From Novakomyces olei (taxonomy: Eukaryota), in assembly GCA_016906335.1 (NCBI GenBank), contig JADEYG010000012.1, positions 806,001 to 870,000 on the forward strand: 64,000 nt of DNA, read 5' to 3'. The position numbers and the translations under genes were made by a program. Below are positions 36,066 to 49,035 of this stretch, piece by piece. The notes below the pieces were generated by a model that had not been told where the DNA came from, made no database searches, and saw only the letters and a list, made by a program, of their open reading frames with translations. Position 1 is the stretch's first letter, and every line of letters begins with the position of its first letter.

Positions 36066-36479
36066 GGAAAGAAAAGGTACGATCACATAACGTACCCGAT
36101 TAGCAAATGGTGATTTCAGTTTATTGTTTTATTATTATTATATTTTTAAAGTTTTGGAACAAAAGACGGGTAAAGACTCTCTAGCATTGCATTAAAATAC
36201 AGCACTTGGACCAGGATGCTCGTGGCTAATAAGTCTCATGGCCATTTGTGATGTTGACTGCATACGATACGTTTCGGCACGAGGCCTGCTTAATATAGTA
36301 ATTGCATTATGATATTAGAATATGGAGGTGAAAGCAAACAAAAAGCACGGGTACACGTCCACCCAACCTTTCCACAAACGCCAAAACTAGGTACAAATAT
36401 GACAAAATAGCCTCTGCATAATTAAACATCACAGAGCAAGTTGAGGGTATTATAGGTTTAAAGCCCGGCCAAGTCCGTC

Positions 36480-36914
36480 TTAAGGTTGCCGCTTATCTTG
36501 TTCCGATCCAAACACAGCTCGCTGCATTTCACGTAAACGCAAGCTCAATTGTGTATCAAACGCGCGAGCATTTGCAGCCATATCGGTCGCGTTGCGTCTC
36601 GTACAAGCGTCGCGATACTGCGGTGCACGAGCACGTGACTCCTCGGGTGAGAATTCCGTCTCTGTGTACTTTAAAACTCGCGGTCGCCGCCTGCGCGACA
36701 GAGAATCCACCTGTCGGTGATCCACGGGAAAGGCAGTTTGCGATTCGGCGAGTGCATCGCTGTCATCGTCCTCATTGGCAAGGTCCTCATTGACAAGGCA
36801 GCCTTCGTCAGACATATGATCGGGCAGAGCAATCTCCTTATGAGCATTGTGCTGTGGCTCTTTAGCGGAAAAGCCTGGAGGCTTTGGCTCAGCAGAGTCT
36901 TTGTTTGCGATCAT
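36480..36914 (-). CDS. Hypothetical small hydrophilic protein (5' end uncertain)
   Basis: ORF with coding-like composition (acidic patch, RRRRPR, helical C-terminus) in a gap between genes. No family recognised. Confidence 0.5.
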   Translation of the reverse strand: MIANKDSAEPKPPGFSAKEPQHNAHKEIALPDHMSDEGCLVNEDLANEDDDSDALAESQTAFPVDHRQVDSLSRRRRPRVLKYTETEFSPEESRARAPQYRDACTRRNATDMAANARAFDTQLSLRLREMQRAVFGSEQDKRQP

Positions 36915-37714
36915 TTTCGCGATTGCACTGGTGCAGTACTTTGTTGCGAGTGAGAAGTAAACACATACCCGAGACAAGGCACACTTCAACGGAGATCGAG
37001 ACCTGTTTCAATATATTTGGCACTGTAAAAGGCAGCTGCGATTGCTACACATCAAGCAAAACGCTAATCTGCCAGAGAAAAGAGAGGATGGCAAAAGTAG
37101 GGCTCGGCGATTAAGCAATACTGATAGTGTAAGCTAACCGAGTTACCGGGAAACGACAAGGCGTACAAGTAAGTGACGGCAGTTAGTGTATGATTTTAGC
37201 AGCGTATAAAGGGCTTCTACAGGCATTGAGAGGCATTGATGTTACTTGTTTGCCGCCTCCTTTTTTTTTAAAGTGCGAGGTCTCGACTCGAGGTGGTCTC
37301 ACTGATTGATCTATCAGGTGTGTGTATATTATTACTTTATTTGTTTATACTAATCCGTGTCTACAGCACTTTCTAATGTTACTTACCAATTACAAGTGCC
37401 CTTCTGTGGTAAAGACTTGCACGGTGTATTGCTTATGCATCATTGCTTGTGTATGCTTGTGTACTGCTTAAAACCTGGGGAGGCTGAAATGATCTGCGTA
37501 TATATGGCAGCACGACTTGTGGCATTATTCAGCACCCGAGGACGCTGGCCGAGCCCGCGAATTAATGGGCGGCCGTAAGCAATGGCCCTGGAGCCATGTA
37601 AAATCATCACGGCGGCCTGAAGAATGGCTCGAGTATACGGCAGCCGCGAGCGCCAATGACACTCAAGCAAAGGGTATGAACACTGTTATGGCTGTTTGAT
37701 TTTCTAGCCAGTGC

Positions 37715-38326
37715 TTGAACTTGTCGGCTAATTTGGCAGTGGAAGTGTTCCGTCCTCTGGCTCTCAAGGACCGCACAAAAAGATCCATTTCTCTGCCGGC
37801 AAAGACGTCTCCGCCTCTAATCTCCGCGGCAGACAGGTTCACGGTTGTTGAAGAAGGATCTAAATTGCCACTGCGCAAGAGACTGCCCGCTGTTTTCCGT
37901 AAACAAAAGTCGGAAAAGGTCAGTCGACGGTCGTGGGCGGGACCGATGTACAATCCTGTACAATCCCGCCATAAAACAACGACAATAGTGCCCATAGTGA
38001 GCACTGCCGCCTGCATTGCAATCCTAGGCGGAGCCATTGACGGGCTATACTACGTCTACCAGCTAGTCCGCAAGACTCCAGAGCCAATGAGACTGGCTGC
38101 TGGGCTCACCGCAGCAGCAGTAGTAGGGGTGGCGCTTTACGAAATACACAGATTTATCACTCTACTCGAGCGGGCAATGCTGAACGGGTTTCTATTGCCC
38201 CTTATTATTGTCTTGATGGGGGGTACAAGTCTCGGAAAGGGCCAATCGGCTCTACCCAGCATACTTTACAAGGGTGGAAGCACGGGCTGGGCTGTCCTGA
38301 AGGCTCTTGCCAGCACAGTGAGCTAA
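37715..38326 (+). CDS. Hypothetical membrane protein (last exon; probable short upstream exon near 37500-37673)
   Basis: 203-codon ORF with a basic N-terminal part and three hydrophobic segments. A GTATGA donor near 37674 and an acceptor just upstream of the ORF. Confidence 0.55.
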   Translation: MNLSANLAVEVFRPLALKDRTKRSISLPAKTSPPLISAADRFTVVEEGSKLPLRKRLPAVFRKQKSEKVSRRSWAGPMYNPVQSRHKTTTIVPIVSTAACIAILGGAIDGLYYVYQLVRKTPEPMRLAAGLTAAAVVGVALYEIHRFITLLERAMLNGFLLPLIIVLMGGTSLGKGQSALPSILYKGGSTGWAVLKALASTVS

Positions 38327-38450
38327 ATTTTGTACATATATATAACAATCACTCTTATTATACATTTATGTTGATGCTGCTATTTATCATTCATGGATTA
38401 GCAATTCTAATTAATTATTTAAATTAGTTTATACTTTTTATATAATGCAA

Positions 38451-39783
38451 TCAGCCTTCCATCTCATCATCACCACCTCGCTCCATAGAGACGACACTCA
38501 TGCACTGGTACTTGTGAGCATAACTAGATTTCCAAAGCCTGATCATTCCATCATCACCAGCACTGCTCAATATCGTTCCGGTGATGTTGAAAGAGACCCG
38601 CCAAACTTGTGATTTATGGTCATCAAAATCAGCAATAAGCTCCACCAAGTAAGATGCACCAGAATGACTATCACTATCGTCATCTTCATCGTCGTCATCA
38701 TCATCATCCTCGCCCTCTCCTTCCACGCCATTCAGTCCATCAGCAGCGGCAGAAGCCTTATCCGGCCGTGCACCCAGACCTTCGTTATCCAGAGCCGTCG
38801 AGGCCTCTCCAGCTTGCTGTCTCCTTCGCCGCTTTGAATTCGACTCTGTAAGCTTGAATATCCTGACATGCCCATCGCGACAAGCAGTCGCAACTAGCTG
38901 ATACGATTTCCCCATACTACGGCCCCAAGTAATATCCCGTACCAGGTCAGTATGACCCTCCAGGGCCTCACCGGGCTGCCATTTGCCGGCACGGTCAGTG
39001 CGCCATACCCGCACTGTATTCATAGCACCGACGGCAATCTGCTGACCGTTCCAGCGTGACGGGCACCAAGTAAGACAAAAAGAAGCCTCGCGATCACGTG
39101 GAGGCGGCTGTTGCAGTACCATAAGCTCGTCCATCAGCGTCCAGTGCGCAATATTGTTTGGCTCCAGGGCTTCATAGACTCGCAAATACGCGTCTGCCGA
39201 TATAGAAGCGAGCCGAAGGCCAACGTGCTCCGGAGCAAACCATATATCGTGCACGGCAGCACGTGAGTCTGCCAATCGAGCTTTCTCGACCCATCGTTTA
39301 CCGGAATTTTTGGGCGCTTTGATTAGGAATTGTAATTAAAAACAAAGTTAAAAATGTGAAAGATTTAATTATTTTTAATTAATTGTTTATGTAAATTTTT
39401 GAATAATAATGAAGAATGAAAACAAAATTAAAGCAAAAATAGAGAATTTGAATAAAAATAAAACATAAACAAACAACTAGAAATATGGGCAAAGCACTGT
39501 TCAGCTTACCGTGAGGCTGCTCTTGGAATATCCGGACAGTACGGTCAACGGATGCGGTGGCAATTACTTGCCCATGCTCAGGGTGAGCCCAAATGACTTT
39601 TAGTAATGTCGCATCGGCGGCTTTACAGCTGTCGCTCTCATCCCACGAATCTGTTTCTTCCACGTAATCAAAGACCTTGAGCCTCAAGTCCGATGAGCAA
39701 GTGGCAAGGCGTTTCCCATAGTAGTCGTATGCAATATCATGGATCAGATCCTTATGATCTGTCCGAATCACTCGCGCCTGCAT
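38451..39783 (-). CDS. seh1: WD40 nucleoporin / SEA(GATOR2) subunit Seh1 (2 exons)
   Basis: Motifs HKDLIHDIAYDYYGKRLATCSSD, WAHPEHGQVIA, FAPEHVGLRLA, LVATACRDGHVRIFKL and VWRVSFNITGTILSSAGDDG. Confidence 0.95.
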
Positions 39784-40011
39784 TGATTATGGATGGCTGA
39801 AGGGTTTGCCGTATAGTGTCATGATATGTAAATTCACAATATGAATATTAAAAAAATAATGATTATTAAAATAATGATTATTCAAAATAATATCTATTAA
39901 AATAATGAATATTAATTTTATTCTCACTCCCAAGCGATATTATCGTGGTACACGAGATATACACATTGTAACAAAAGGGATACATGGTATAAAATCTAAT
40001 GCTATTTAATG

Positions 40012-40837
40012 CTACATGACGGCGGGCTCACGCCCAATGCTGGTCCAGTATTCGCGTCGGGCAGCAAATAATTCATCTGTCCATTGTAAGACGAGCTTGT
40101 TGTTAATACCATCGCGAACGCTGGTAAATTGACTCAAATCTTTTGCGTCGTTAGACTGGCGCTCATACTCGTACATTTGTACAAGCAGCTCGTACTTGTC
40201 CACGTCTTTGACGAAAAGAGCTTCTGGAGTAGTACGCGTCTCGTATTCTATAAACAAATCCATCAACTCGCGTCCACGTGCCCTATACTCAGCCGTATCC
40301 GGCAGCAGTGTGACAATGTCCTTCATCGCTTGTAGCTCACGGCAATGCTTCTCCTCTATCATCCATTAGTCTTTCGTCAGAAAATGAAGCAGGCAGCAGA
40401 AAGCCAAGTACCTTTGCTGACGCCATCGAGCGGAGTTATATCCCCCACAAGCGACTCTGCCATATCGTGTACGAGCGCTAGTCTGACGCACTTGTTGGCA
40501 TCGAGCGATGAATCCGTACTCAGCATACATATCACTGCCATTCGATACATATGGTCCGCACAAGATTCTGCCGTTAGCTAATGCATTCTATTTTGCCTTT
40601 GATTTTTATGGACTATTCCCTGCTTCTTTGAGGCTTGGCCTCTTGGCTTGTCGGGCTCGCTTCCCATCTCTTCCTGTTCAGCATACCCGGATTTGGAACA
40701 CGATGGTTAATCCAGCCCGTGCGCGGAGTCAGTTTGAGCCTCTGTATTATATTCAGAAAGCTCAAGACTGACGCTGGCTCGGACGACACGTCCGGTACGG
40801 AGGCCAATTGGCCATCGCGATGCGGCGGTACAAGCAT
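40012..40837 (-). CDS. HD-domain 5'-deoxynucleotidase (HDDC2/YGK1-like), multi-exon
   Basis: Motifs [42 protein letters not shown] and FVKDVDKYE. Confidence 0.9.
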
Positions 40838-41010
40838 GAACTCGAGAACTGCCGATTAGTTTGGTTAGCGGCGTATAAGAAATAAATAACGCAGAAATAA
40901 ATAACGCTTACAACGACAACGGAGACGATAACGCGCGCTAGTGCGCGCGGAATATTTATTGTAAGAAATACAGTAGAGTATATAAGTTTATTAATAGAGT
41001 ATGAATAAAT

Positions 41011-41085
41011 ATAGCAATAATAAATATAACAATAATAAATACAACAATAATAAATACAACAATAATAAATACAACAATAATAAAT
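41011..41085. repeat. 15-nt tandem repeat (ACAACAATAATAAAT) x~5
   Basis: Three perfect and two near-perfect copies. Confidence 0.9.
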
Positions 41086-41391
41086 ACAACAACAAGAAAC
41101 AACAATAATGAATACAGTACAAGGATGAGGCAAAATGTGGTCCGCCAAGACGTACGCTGATTGCCTTGTTAATACTGCGCATATACGGTGGTCACTTTAC
41201 TCATCTCGCGTTATGAAATGGACGACGGGAAATGTACGTGTATAAACAATCGAATAAAATTGACATATTCCTACACGAAATTGCTCTGAGAGCACAACGT
41301 ACATTGTGAGCACAGCTTTACTGCTGCCAATATACAATGTGTCGGGCGATCCGACACTAAAATACACAAGCTTGCTTACGTCACAAAAGAC

Positions 41392-44300
41392 TTATGCGTC
41401 CAAATAGTCTGCTACACTGGCAACAGAATAAATAAGCCGTGCCTGGCAAGAAGCCTCACTGGCCAGCAGCGCGATGTAGACACGCTGGGCCACACTGAGG
41501 TTTGCAGAGGCTCCAAAAGTACACCAGTCACGGTAGGAAATAGCGTGTGGACACATGCAGACTTTCTTCAAAAACGCCATGACGGAGTTGGGCACAAGCA
41601 TAGAAATTTCACGATAGTCATAGTCATCCTTCATGATCCCAAACAGCCGCTGAGCACTGTACCAAATTGCATCTCGGAACGGTGTGGAGTCCAGCTTTGA
41701 CACTCCCAAGTCTCGGCCCACCGAGTCAAGTGCCGGTTTGGCTGCACTGCTCCTGGCACTGGCCAAATCCTCCATGGCTGTGAGATCGTCGAGTGCCTCC
41801 ATGGCATTATGAAACTCGCGTTCAAACAGCTCGTCCATCTGTGGGATGTAGCGGCCAATAATAGCGGAAGCTTGATCTTCCCAGCTGTACTCTCCAAGCT
41901 GCAGTATATCCTGGTCACTGCTCTTTGAAAAATAGCGTCCATTACCGGCCAAAGCGTCCGCCTCTAGTGGACTGCGTGGCACGTATCCCCTGGCAGTGTA
42001 CCTCGAGGCATCTTGCAGCATAATCCCCACTGGCCTATCATCCGCATTTCTGCCTGCACGATCAGCTGTACCCAGTGTCGAAGCGGCCGCTGCCCTTCGA
42101 CGCAGACGGGGCAAAGTGCTTGATTGTAGATTGCTGCCTTCGCTACTGGCACTGTCACCTTGAAGAGTGGCACTACCACCATCAAAATCAGCACCCGTTT
42201 TGCCTGTTTCCAATCGCGATAGCTGAGCAAGCGGTGAGGCAGTTGACGGAGCCGATGTGGAAGTAGTAGGAGCCACAGGACTCGCAGCAAGTGCAGAAGC
42301 GGGTGCTATAATACTACAACTGCCATTGCCATTGCCACTGCCAATGCCTCCAGTGCTCTTACCCTCAGCGTTACTCCGTGGCGATGGAGGCCGACTCGAT
42401 GTTTGCAGCTCGCCTGTTCGCGAGTCAATGCACTGCTCAAAGCTGTGCAGACGGTTAATCTCTCTCATCGATCCAGTCTGCTCTGCTCCATTAGCTTTGT
42501 CACCACACCGAGCCAGACGCGCCCGGAGCAAATGCTGCAGGGAAAGGTACTCGCCTGACTGAGCACTGTCGTTATTATTGTCGTTGTTATTGTCGTTATT
42601 ATTGCTGCTACTGCTGCTGCTGCCGTTATTGTTGTTATTGCTACTACTACTACTGCTGCCGAGCCCTTGTCCCTGGACGCCGTAGGCAAAGGCGTCCACG
42701 AACGAGGGCACAGTCAGTTTTGCCAGTGGCGAGTGACGTATAAGGCTGTCGTAAAGGTTCTGTGAGATTTGGTTGCGTACTTTATAGCTCGGATGGAACA
42801 GGTCCTTGGGCCTCAAGGAGCCAAGCTCCTGTAGCCAGCGCAGTTCAGAATCAATCGTGTTTGAGTCCTGTGGTGGCAGCGAGGCAGGAGCTATAGCGGG
42901 CGAGCGTACACACGACCCTCCAAGGGTATCCGCCTCTGGAACTAGGGCAAAAGACAGAGCCTGCTGGCACCGGGCAGAGAAGAAGCATACACAGGCCATT
43001 GCCTGGACTAAGGCAGCCATTGTCCAAAACTCTGTACTATCCTTGGGGCCAGAGTTCCCATGCAACAGTTCACGGACATGCTCCCTGCGAAAGCCCCAGG
43101 GACACCGGATAAGCAGAGGCAGGTAAGGCGCCAGGCGACGGAACCTGGACGGAGCGTGATCCAGGCCTTTGAGCCACTCACACTCTGCAACAGTGGCACT
43201 TTCCTCAAAAAAGGCCGATAGCAGGGAAAGATAGTACTGGCAAGACATTACACTGGCCGTCATTATGCCCAGGTAAAGCTTGTAGGCCAGTGGCAATGGG
43301 CCATTGTTTGAATGGATGAGCCACTCAAACGTCTCGTAAACGCTACCAAGGTATCTCGGGAAATACGCCAGCATTTTACTGATGTTTGTAACTCGACCGT
43401 ACTGCAAAAACGACCGGATAAACAGCCGCGTCAAGTCTGGTCCTGCTCTCCACCTTGGGCCCACGATTCCGGAGGGCACACTCGTGCCCAAAGTGGCAGC
43501 TCGACGAGGCGAACTGTCCTGCCTCGCCCGTCTCTTGTTCGCCATTGATTTTCCCTTGGCATTATAGCTATTGCTATTATTCATATTATCGCTGCCCTGC
43601 TGGTACGAGCTAAATGGTGTTCGTGAAAAAGCAAATAGCGGACTGGGCTCCGTTATCCGCGACTGTGACTGCTGACGGGTCATGTTTTTAGCATTGCCCG
43701 TGGGCCTGAATGCGGAGGCATTAAAGGAAGAGCCGCTATTAAAAGTCACTGCTGTGTTAGGACTCTCATTCATGTCCCTCGTAGAGCTTAGACCAGACCG
43801 GCCAGAGACATTGCTCCGAGTCCTTGTGGATATTGGGATAGCAGAGGAAGAAATTGATCGGGCATCCGTGTCCTGCGCTGCCATTTCAAGTGCTGGACTC
43901 GGTGTGCTTTGGAGAGAGTAGGAATCTTCTCCTTTTCCGTCTCCTTCTTCCACCATACTAGCTTCCTCATCTGCTTCGTCTTCCACGTCTTCTTCCTCGT
44001 CTTCATACATTTCAATTTCCTCGCTATTGCCGCTAAAATCGCTCAGCATGTCCAGCGAAAACAGGGAACTGTCGTAAACCGCCGACCCTGGGCCAGGGCT
44101 CTGTCGGTTTCCCACTGAAGGCCGGCTGCCAAAAGACGCCTTGCTGCCAAAGGAGAACGATGAAAATGAATCTGAAAAAACAGAGAGCCGACGAGGTTTA
44201 CGTCGCCGTTTTGAAGAAGTGCCTACATTTGTCGCAAACCCTACAACCTCTTGCGGCGCAATAAAACAACTGGGAGAAGGTGAAATTAAATCAGGTGCAA

Positions 44301-45360
44301 AATTAACAACTTGCCGAAGTCGACGCAATTGACTGCGACAGCATCGTCTTACATCAGCATAAGGGCAGTCATTGCTCAAGTTTAAAGCTCGCAGCATATA
44401 TGCCCCGAGCAATTCTCGCCGGGCCGATTGCTCCTCAATATTATTGGCAGCTGGATCGTTCTTCATTTCCTCTTCCAACACCATTTCGTCAACGCCATAG
44501 GGACCAATTGATCCGAGTGTCGTACTCTGATAATTTGTAGAGCCATTAAATCTTTCGTCGCCCGCCAATTTAGATCTAAACTGAACTCCCGCAATAATAG
44601 GAGTTCCCTCATTGTTTAGGCCAGAAAGGTTTGAAAACGAATCGTTTGGCGATAAGACGCTGGGCGACTCTAATCTAAATTTTGCCAAATTCTCTGCATT
44701 TTCTGCATCTTCTTCTACACTAAAGACTTCGTCCCAGGGAGAGTCACCTGATGTAGGCTGCTGCTGTTGCTGTTGTTGTTCTTGTTGCTGTTGTGCTAGC
44801 CGGCCGTCTTTACTAGAATTGTAAGCAGCATTGGCAGTTTGTGGAGCACGTGTTGAAGGCGATGGAGCAGGCCGAGGAGTTTCTGCCTCCGCAATAGCCG
44901 CTGGACGAGAGTTGGGGGCTTTTGAAATCAGACTACGCCAAGCCTGGTTTCCGTACAGCGTGCGAATCAAAGACTCGAGGAGCTGAGATAGACTTTCAAG
45001 AGCATTGCGCCGTAGTGCAGGGTCATCAGTCTGAAGGCTATTGAATATGCATAATTGCGCACGGCTAGCATGAATATAGTCGAGCAATTGGCTAGACCCT
45101 AGACATATTTAATTGTGGAAACAACAAAGAAAGGATGAAACGTCAGAAGAAAGCAATCAAATAAATTAAATTAAACAAAAACAAATAAATATATAAATAA
45201 ATAAATAAATAAATAGATTAAACAAAATTAGCAAGAACGATGAATAAAATAATACAGAGGGTAAACACGATTTGGAAAATTAAATAAAATGCTTACGCCT
45301 TCTAGTCGGCCGGTGCCCGCTATCACGAGCACTGCCACTAGGTTTGGCCGGTTCAAACAT
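41392..45360 (-). CDS. Sestrin (PA26 family) with long low-complexity insertions, about 1260 aa (2 exons)
   Basis: N-domain GRVTNISKMLAYFPRYL..GPLPLAYKLYLGIMTAS..CQY..EWLKGL..APSRFRRL..PW..WTMAALVQA. C-domain YSWEDQ..FRDAIW..FGIMKDDYDY..FLKKVCMCP..EASCQARLIY. Exon 1 (ATG 45360, MFEPAKPSG...) splices in phase through a GTAAGC donor to an acceptor near 45100. Confidence 0.9.
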
Positions 45361-46363
45361 GCAAAGAAATGACTTTCGGCCTCGCAATAGTAAGGATACT
45401 CCAGCAAAAAATGAACCTTAGTGTACAAAAATAGCCCCAATATATAATCAAGTCAATACTTTTAGTAGTAAATACGCGGGTAATATTCACGGACGTAATA
45501 ACGTTGCGCCCAAAAGGAGAATTTCTTGCTAAAAAGCGGGTGAGACCGGTGACAGAAGGCTCTGTAAATTAGAGCGAACCTTTGACGAGAAGTTTCAAAC
45601 GACCTGCAAGACAGGGCAAAAGGAAATCACTTTTTAAAGTCTAGAATTTTCAGCGGAAAGTCAATTGAATAGCCAGCAGTAGTAGCTGCAATTGCTTATT
45701 AGGCGCAAGGTGGTGCTTTTGAATGTAAAGCCAAATAAGCCTGACGAGTCCAGACAAAGTGTTTCCGGCCCTTTAAAAATTGCCTAATACCATAAATGTA
45801 CAAACGTCTCGCAGGCACGCATTAACCAAGATAATACGAACGGTTTTGAAGCTTAGCGCATGACAGCAATTGCTGATACTGACGCTGATTTTTAAAGGTT
45901 TGGCAATTAATTACATGGCACGATGCCCGCTTGCTGATCCCCTTCGTCAACCTTTCTTGTCGGCCAAATCAAATAAAACAAAATATTGTACAGATAAATT
46001 GAACAGGAGACGCTTTAACGCCTCGTCACTCGTTGACGCCGAGATTGATGCCCCCCTTCAATCGGGACATACGGAAATTAGAGTAATGTGGAGAACTGAT
46101 CCTCACGCTCCCGAATAGATACATTATTGCTTAGTCGCCGTTTATCATGATAGCCATGGCTCAATACGTAATGCCCGGTTTATCTTGAACCATTGTGAAA
46201 TCGAGAATGTCTCAAGACTGATTTATCTTATAAACTATCATTAGTCTACTATAATCCTGCTGTTGAGATATACGTTTATCTGGACCAAGCAAGGCACGTG
46301 ACTCCGCTATTGACGATATCATCCTCAAAAGCATAGAGCCCTTTGTTGGCCTTTGCGCAAAAG

Positions 46364-47191
46364 ATGGAGGATCCATACTTTCAAGTTCGAGATGATTTAT
46401 TGCGGCAAGTGGACGATGCAAAAGTGGCATATACTACACGGCAAGAAGAAATCCGGGCTGCTAGTAATCCTGCCTCCAGCGTCGCAGTGGCAAATGCTAG
46501 TAGTAATTTGAGCTTTGCCCTCGACGCAGTACATGAGACTTTACAAGACTTGGAGGCTGCGGTAGAAGCAATCGAGCAAGATCCAGTGGCGTATGGTCTA
46601 TCTGAAGGAGAAGCCCGAGATAGACGGAAGTTTCTACACGCAATTGAAGCAGAGGCAGACGCTATGCAACGTGAATTAGCTGCACCTTATCCTGAGGACA
46701 AAAACAAGTTGCAAGATCCAAAGGCATCTTCAACTCCACCGCCTCCAAGCTATAAGGAAGACGATTTAGAAGGAGGGATTCGCGACTCTCATGCTTCTGT
46801 AATGGAGCAACAGTACCAAGATCAGCTTTTGGAAGACCAGGACCAGCAGCTTGACTCGGTGAGCCAGACAATCGGTAATCTTAGGGAACAAGCAGTATTA
46901 ATGGGCCGCGAGCTCTACGATCATAGCGAGTAAGTCGTTCTGAAGAATGTGTTATGCTGATGCATTAGATTATTGCGAGGTGTGGATGAACAGGTGGACC
47001 GGACGGGCGATAGACTACGCCGGGGCATGCGACGGCTCAATCATTTCATTAAATCAAACGAGGGTATTGTGCTTACTTTATTTTTAGATTGACTAATATT
47101 TTTTGTATTTGCAGACACCAAAAGCTCGTGCTGTATTGCCGTACTCGTTGTCGTTTTGATTATTCTGCTTGTGCTTGTCATCCTTGCATAG
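46364..47191 (+). CDS. tlg1: Syntaxin-6/Tlg1 Qc-SNARE (3 exons)
   Basis: N-terminal MEDPYFQV..L.DL..AV...DP..YGL..E...R (Syntaxin-6_N), SNARE motif QDQQLDSVSQTIGNLREQA..MGREL and a C-terminal TM (SSCCIAVLVVVLIILLVLV). Confidence 0.92.
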
Positions 47192-47673
47192 ATTTGTTGT
47201 ATATACACAGTGGAGAAAATTATGAGGACAACTTAAACAATGTTCGGCCAAGTTGGAGTAGAATACATCTATAATACAAACATTCAAATACTTGGATGCC
47301 TTTACTGTTATTGTACGCTCATAGATCAATTCTGAGCAGGTGCTCTCAGCTCTGTCCCCAGCCAATACAATCATTGCGCTCGTCCGTATATGGTTTTGAG
47401 TCTGCACTTTTCGATACGCCAGGTTCAAACATTGTCAAAACGATGCTCAGTAAACGAGTCGTACCCTTTAATTCAAACAGTAAAACTTTGCTGAGCAAAA
47501 TAAAAATAGAATTAGGATATTATCAAGAACTAAACATTGGACATACAGAGACAGGACTGAGGTAATAACGCTGGGAACGGCTAATACCAAACCTAACGAG
47601 CACATCTGCTCGATCTGGTGAACTAGCGCCCTTTCCAAAATCACTGAGGGTATCAAAAAGCACGTGGAAAAGG

Positions 47674-49035
47674 CTATACCCGTCGTCCGCCTGCTCTTGC
47701 ACCCGGGTCACCAGCTCGATCAATTCCACGCATAACATCAGCAAAGCGTGCTTGTGCCTCAGGATCCCTGGCACTTTGAGCTTCAATGCGTCCGTCATTC
47801 AAATCTTCACCGGTCTCATCTTCGTCAGGATCAATCCATTGGCCCTGTTCATACTCTCTTTGTCCATCGTCATCATCATCAAATGCTAATTTTGGGGTAC
47901 TATCGCCCGCTCCACGCCCGGCAATGAGTTCGTCGTCTTCATTGCTACTGCCTTCGTCTTCCATGTCTGAAAGTGTTTGGGAAATATTTGCGGGAGGCAT
48001 TTTGTGTGATGCTTTACTGAAAGTTTTTCCACCAGCCGTCGCTTTACTCGATCCTCCATCCACATTCATATCCGCCATGAGCTCATCTAGTTGGCGCTGC
48101 TTTGCCTGTGCTTGCTTCTGCTCCTGCTCAGCCCGGAGACGATCAATTTCAGGTCGGTAAACAGCGTAATATTCTTCGACTTTTGCATTTACTGTTTCAA
48201 AGAATTCATCCATTCCAGAGCCTGTTAAAGCCGATACGGAGACCACGTCCAGGTGGCGATAAAATTCTTCAAGCATTAAAGACATCGAGTTCATTAAAGA
48301 GTTCATGTATCCACTGCCCTCGTTCTCGTCAGCTTTTAAAGCAGCCTGGAAAGCTTCAAAGTCGCGCATCCACGTGCGCATAGTAGTGTCGGGAACAACA
48401 TCTGTTTTGTTAAATACAATCACGAGCGGCAGCCTCGATTTGTACAAAATTGAGCAAGCATAAAGCATGCTGGACATAAACGTGACCGGTGAAGCGGATC
48501 TTGGAGTATCAATTATATAAGCAATGCATGTTGGAAAAGAGGCCGCCAGAGTGTCGGTAATAATGCTGCCCGAGGCGGACCACTGAAAGATTTCAATCTG
48601 ACCTGGCGTATCAATAAGCACGTGTGATACTTTCTCGTCACACCGATTATCCAATATTTGTAGCACTTGATCGAATTTTGTCGTAAAAAGATTGAGCGAC
48701 GTCATTATGGCCCCGTTAGGGCCAAGATTATAATGCTCCATGACCTGATGATAATTGACGGTATCGCGAATATCGATATTTGCATGATACGGCACGTTCC
48801 TTACAGCCGGATCCAAATTCATAACGTAAGGTAACGGCGTACCGGGGGCATCTGCACTGCGAGCATACAAATGGCTAACAAGCCTCTGCATCAAGGTCGT
48901 TTTACCTTTTTTCAAGTTAAAAAGTCGACATCATTTGTTCTTCTTACCCGATCCTGCCATGCCAAGGACAATAATACAGGGCGGTTTATCCGTGTTTGCC
49001 GCGGAACCGGCTGCCGTAGCGTCCGGCGTCGCCAT
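47674..49035 (-). CDS. npa3: GPN-loop GTPase 1 (Npa3/GPN1) (2 exons)
   Basis: Motifs [36 protein letters not shown] and NKTD, with an acidic C-terminal tail. Confidence 0.95.

Noticed and set aside
40762-41182. ORFs with CCIYY / LLLY repeats
   Set aside because: Translations of the 15-nt tandem repeat.
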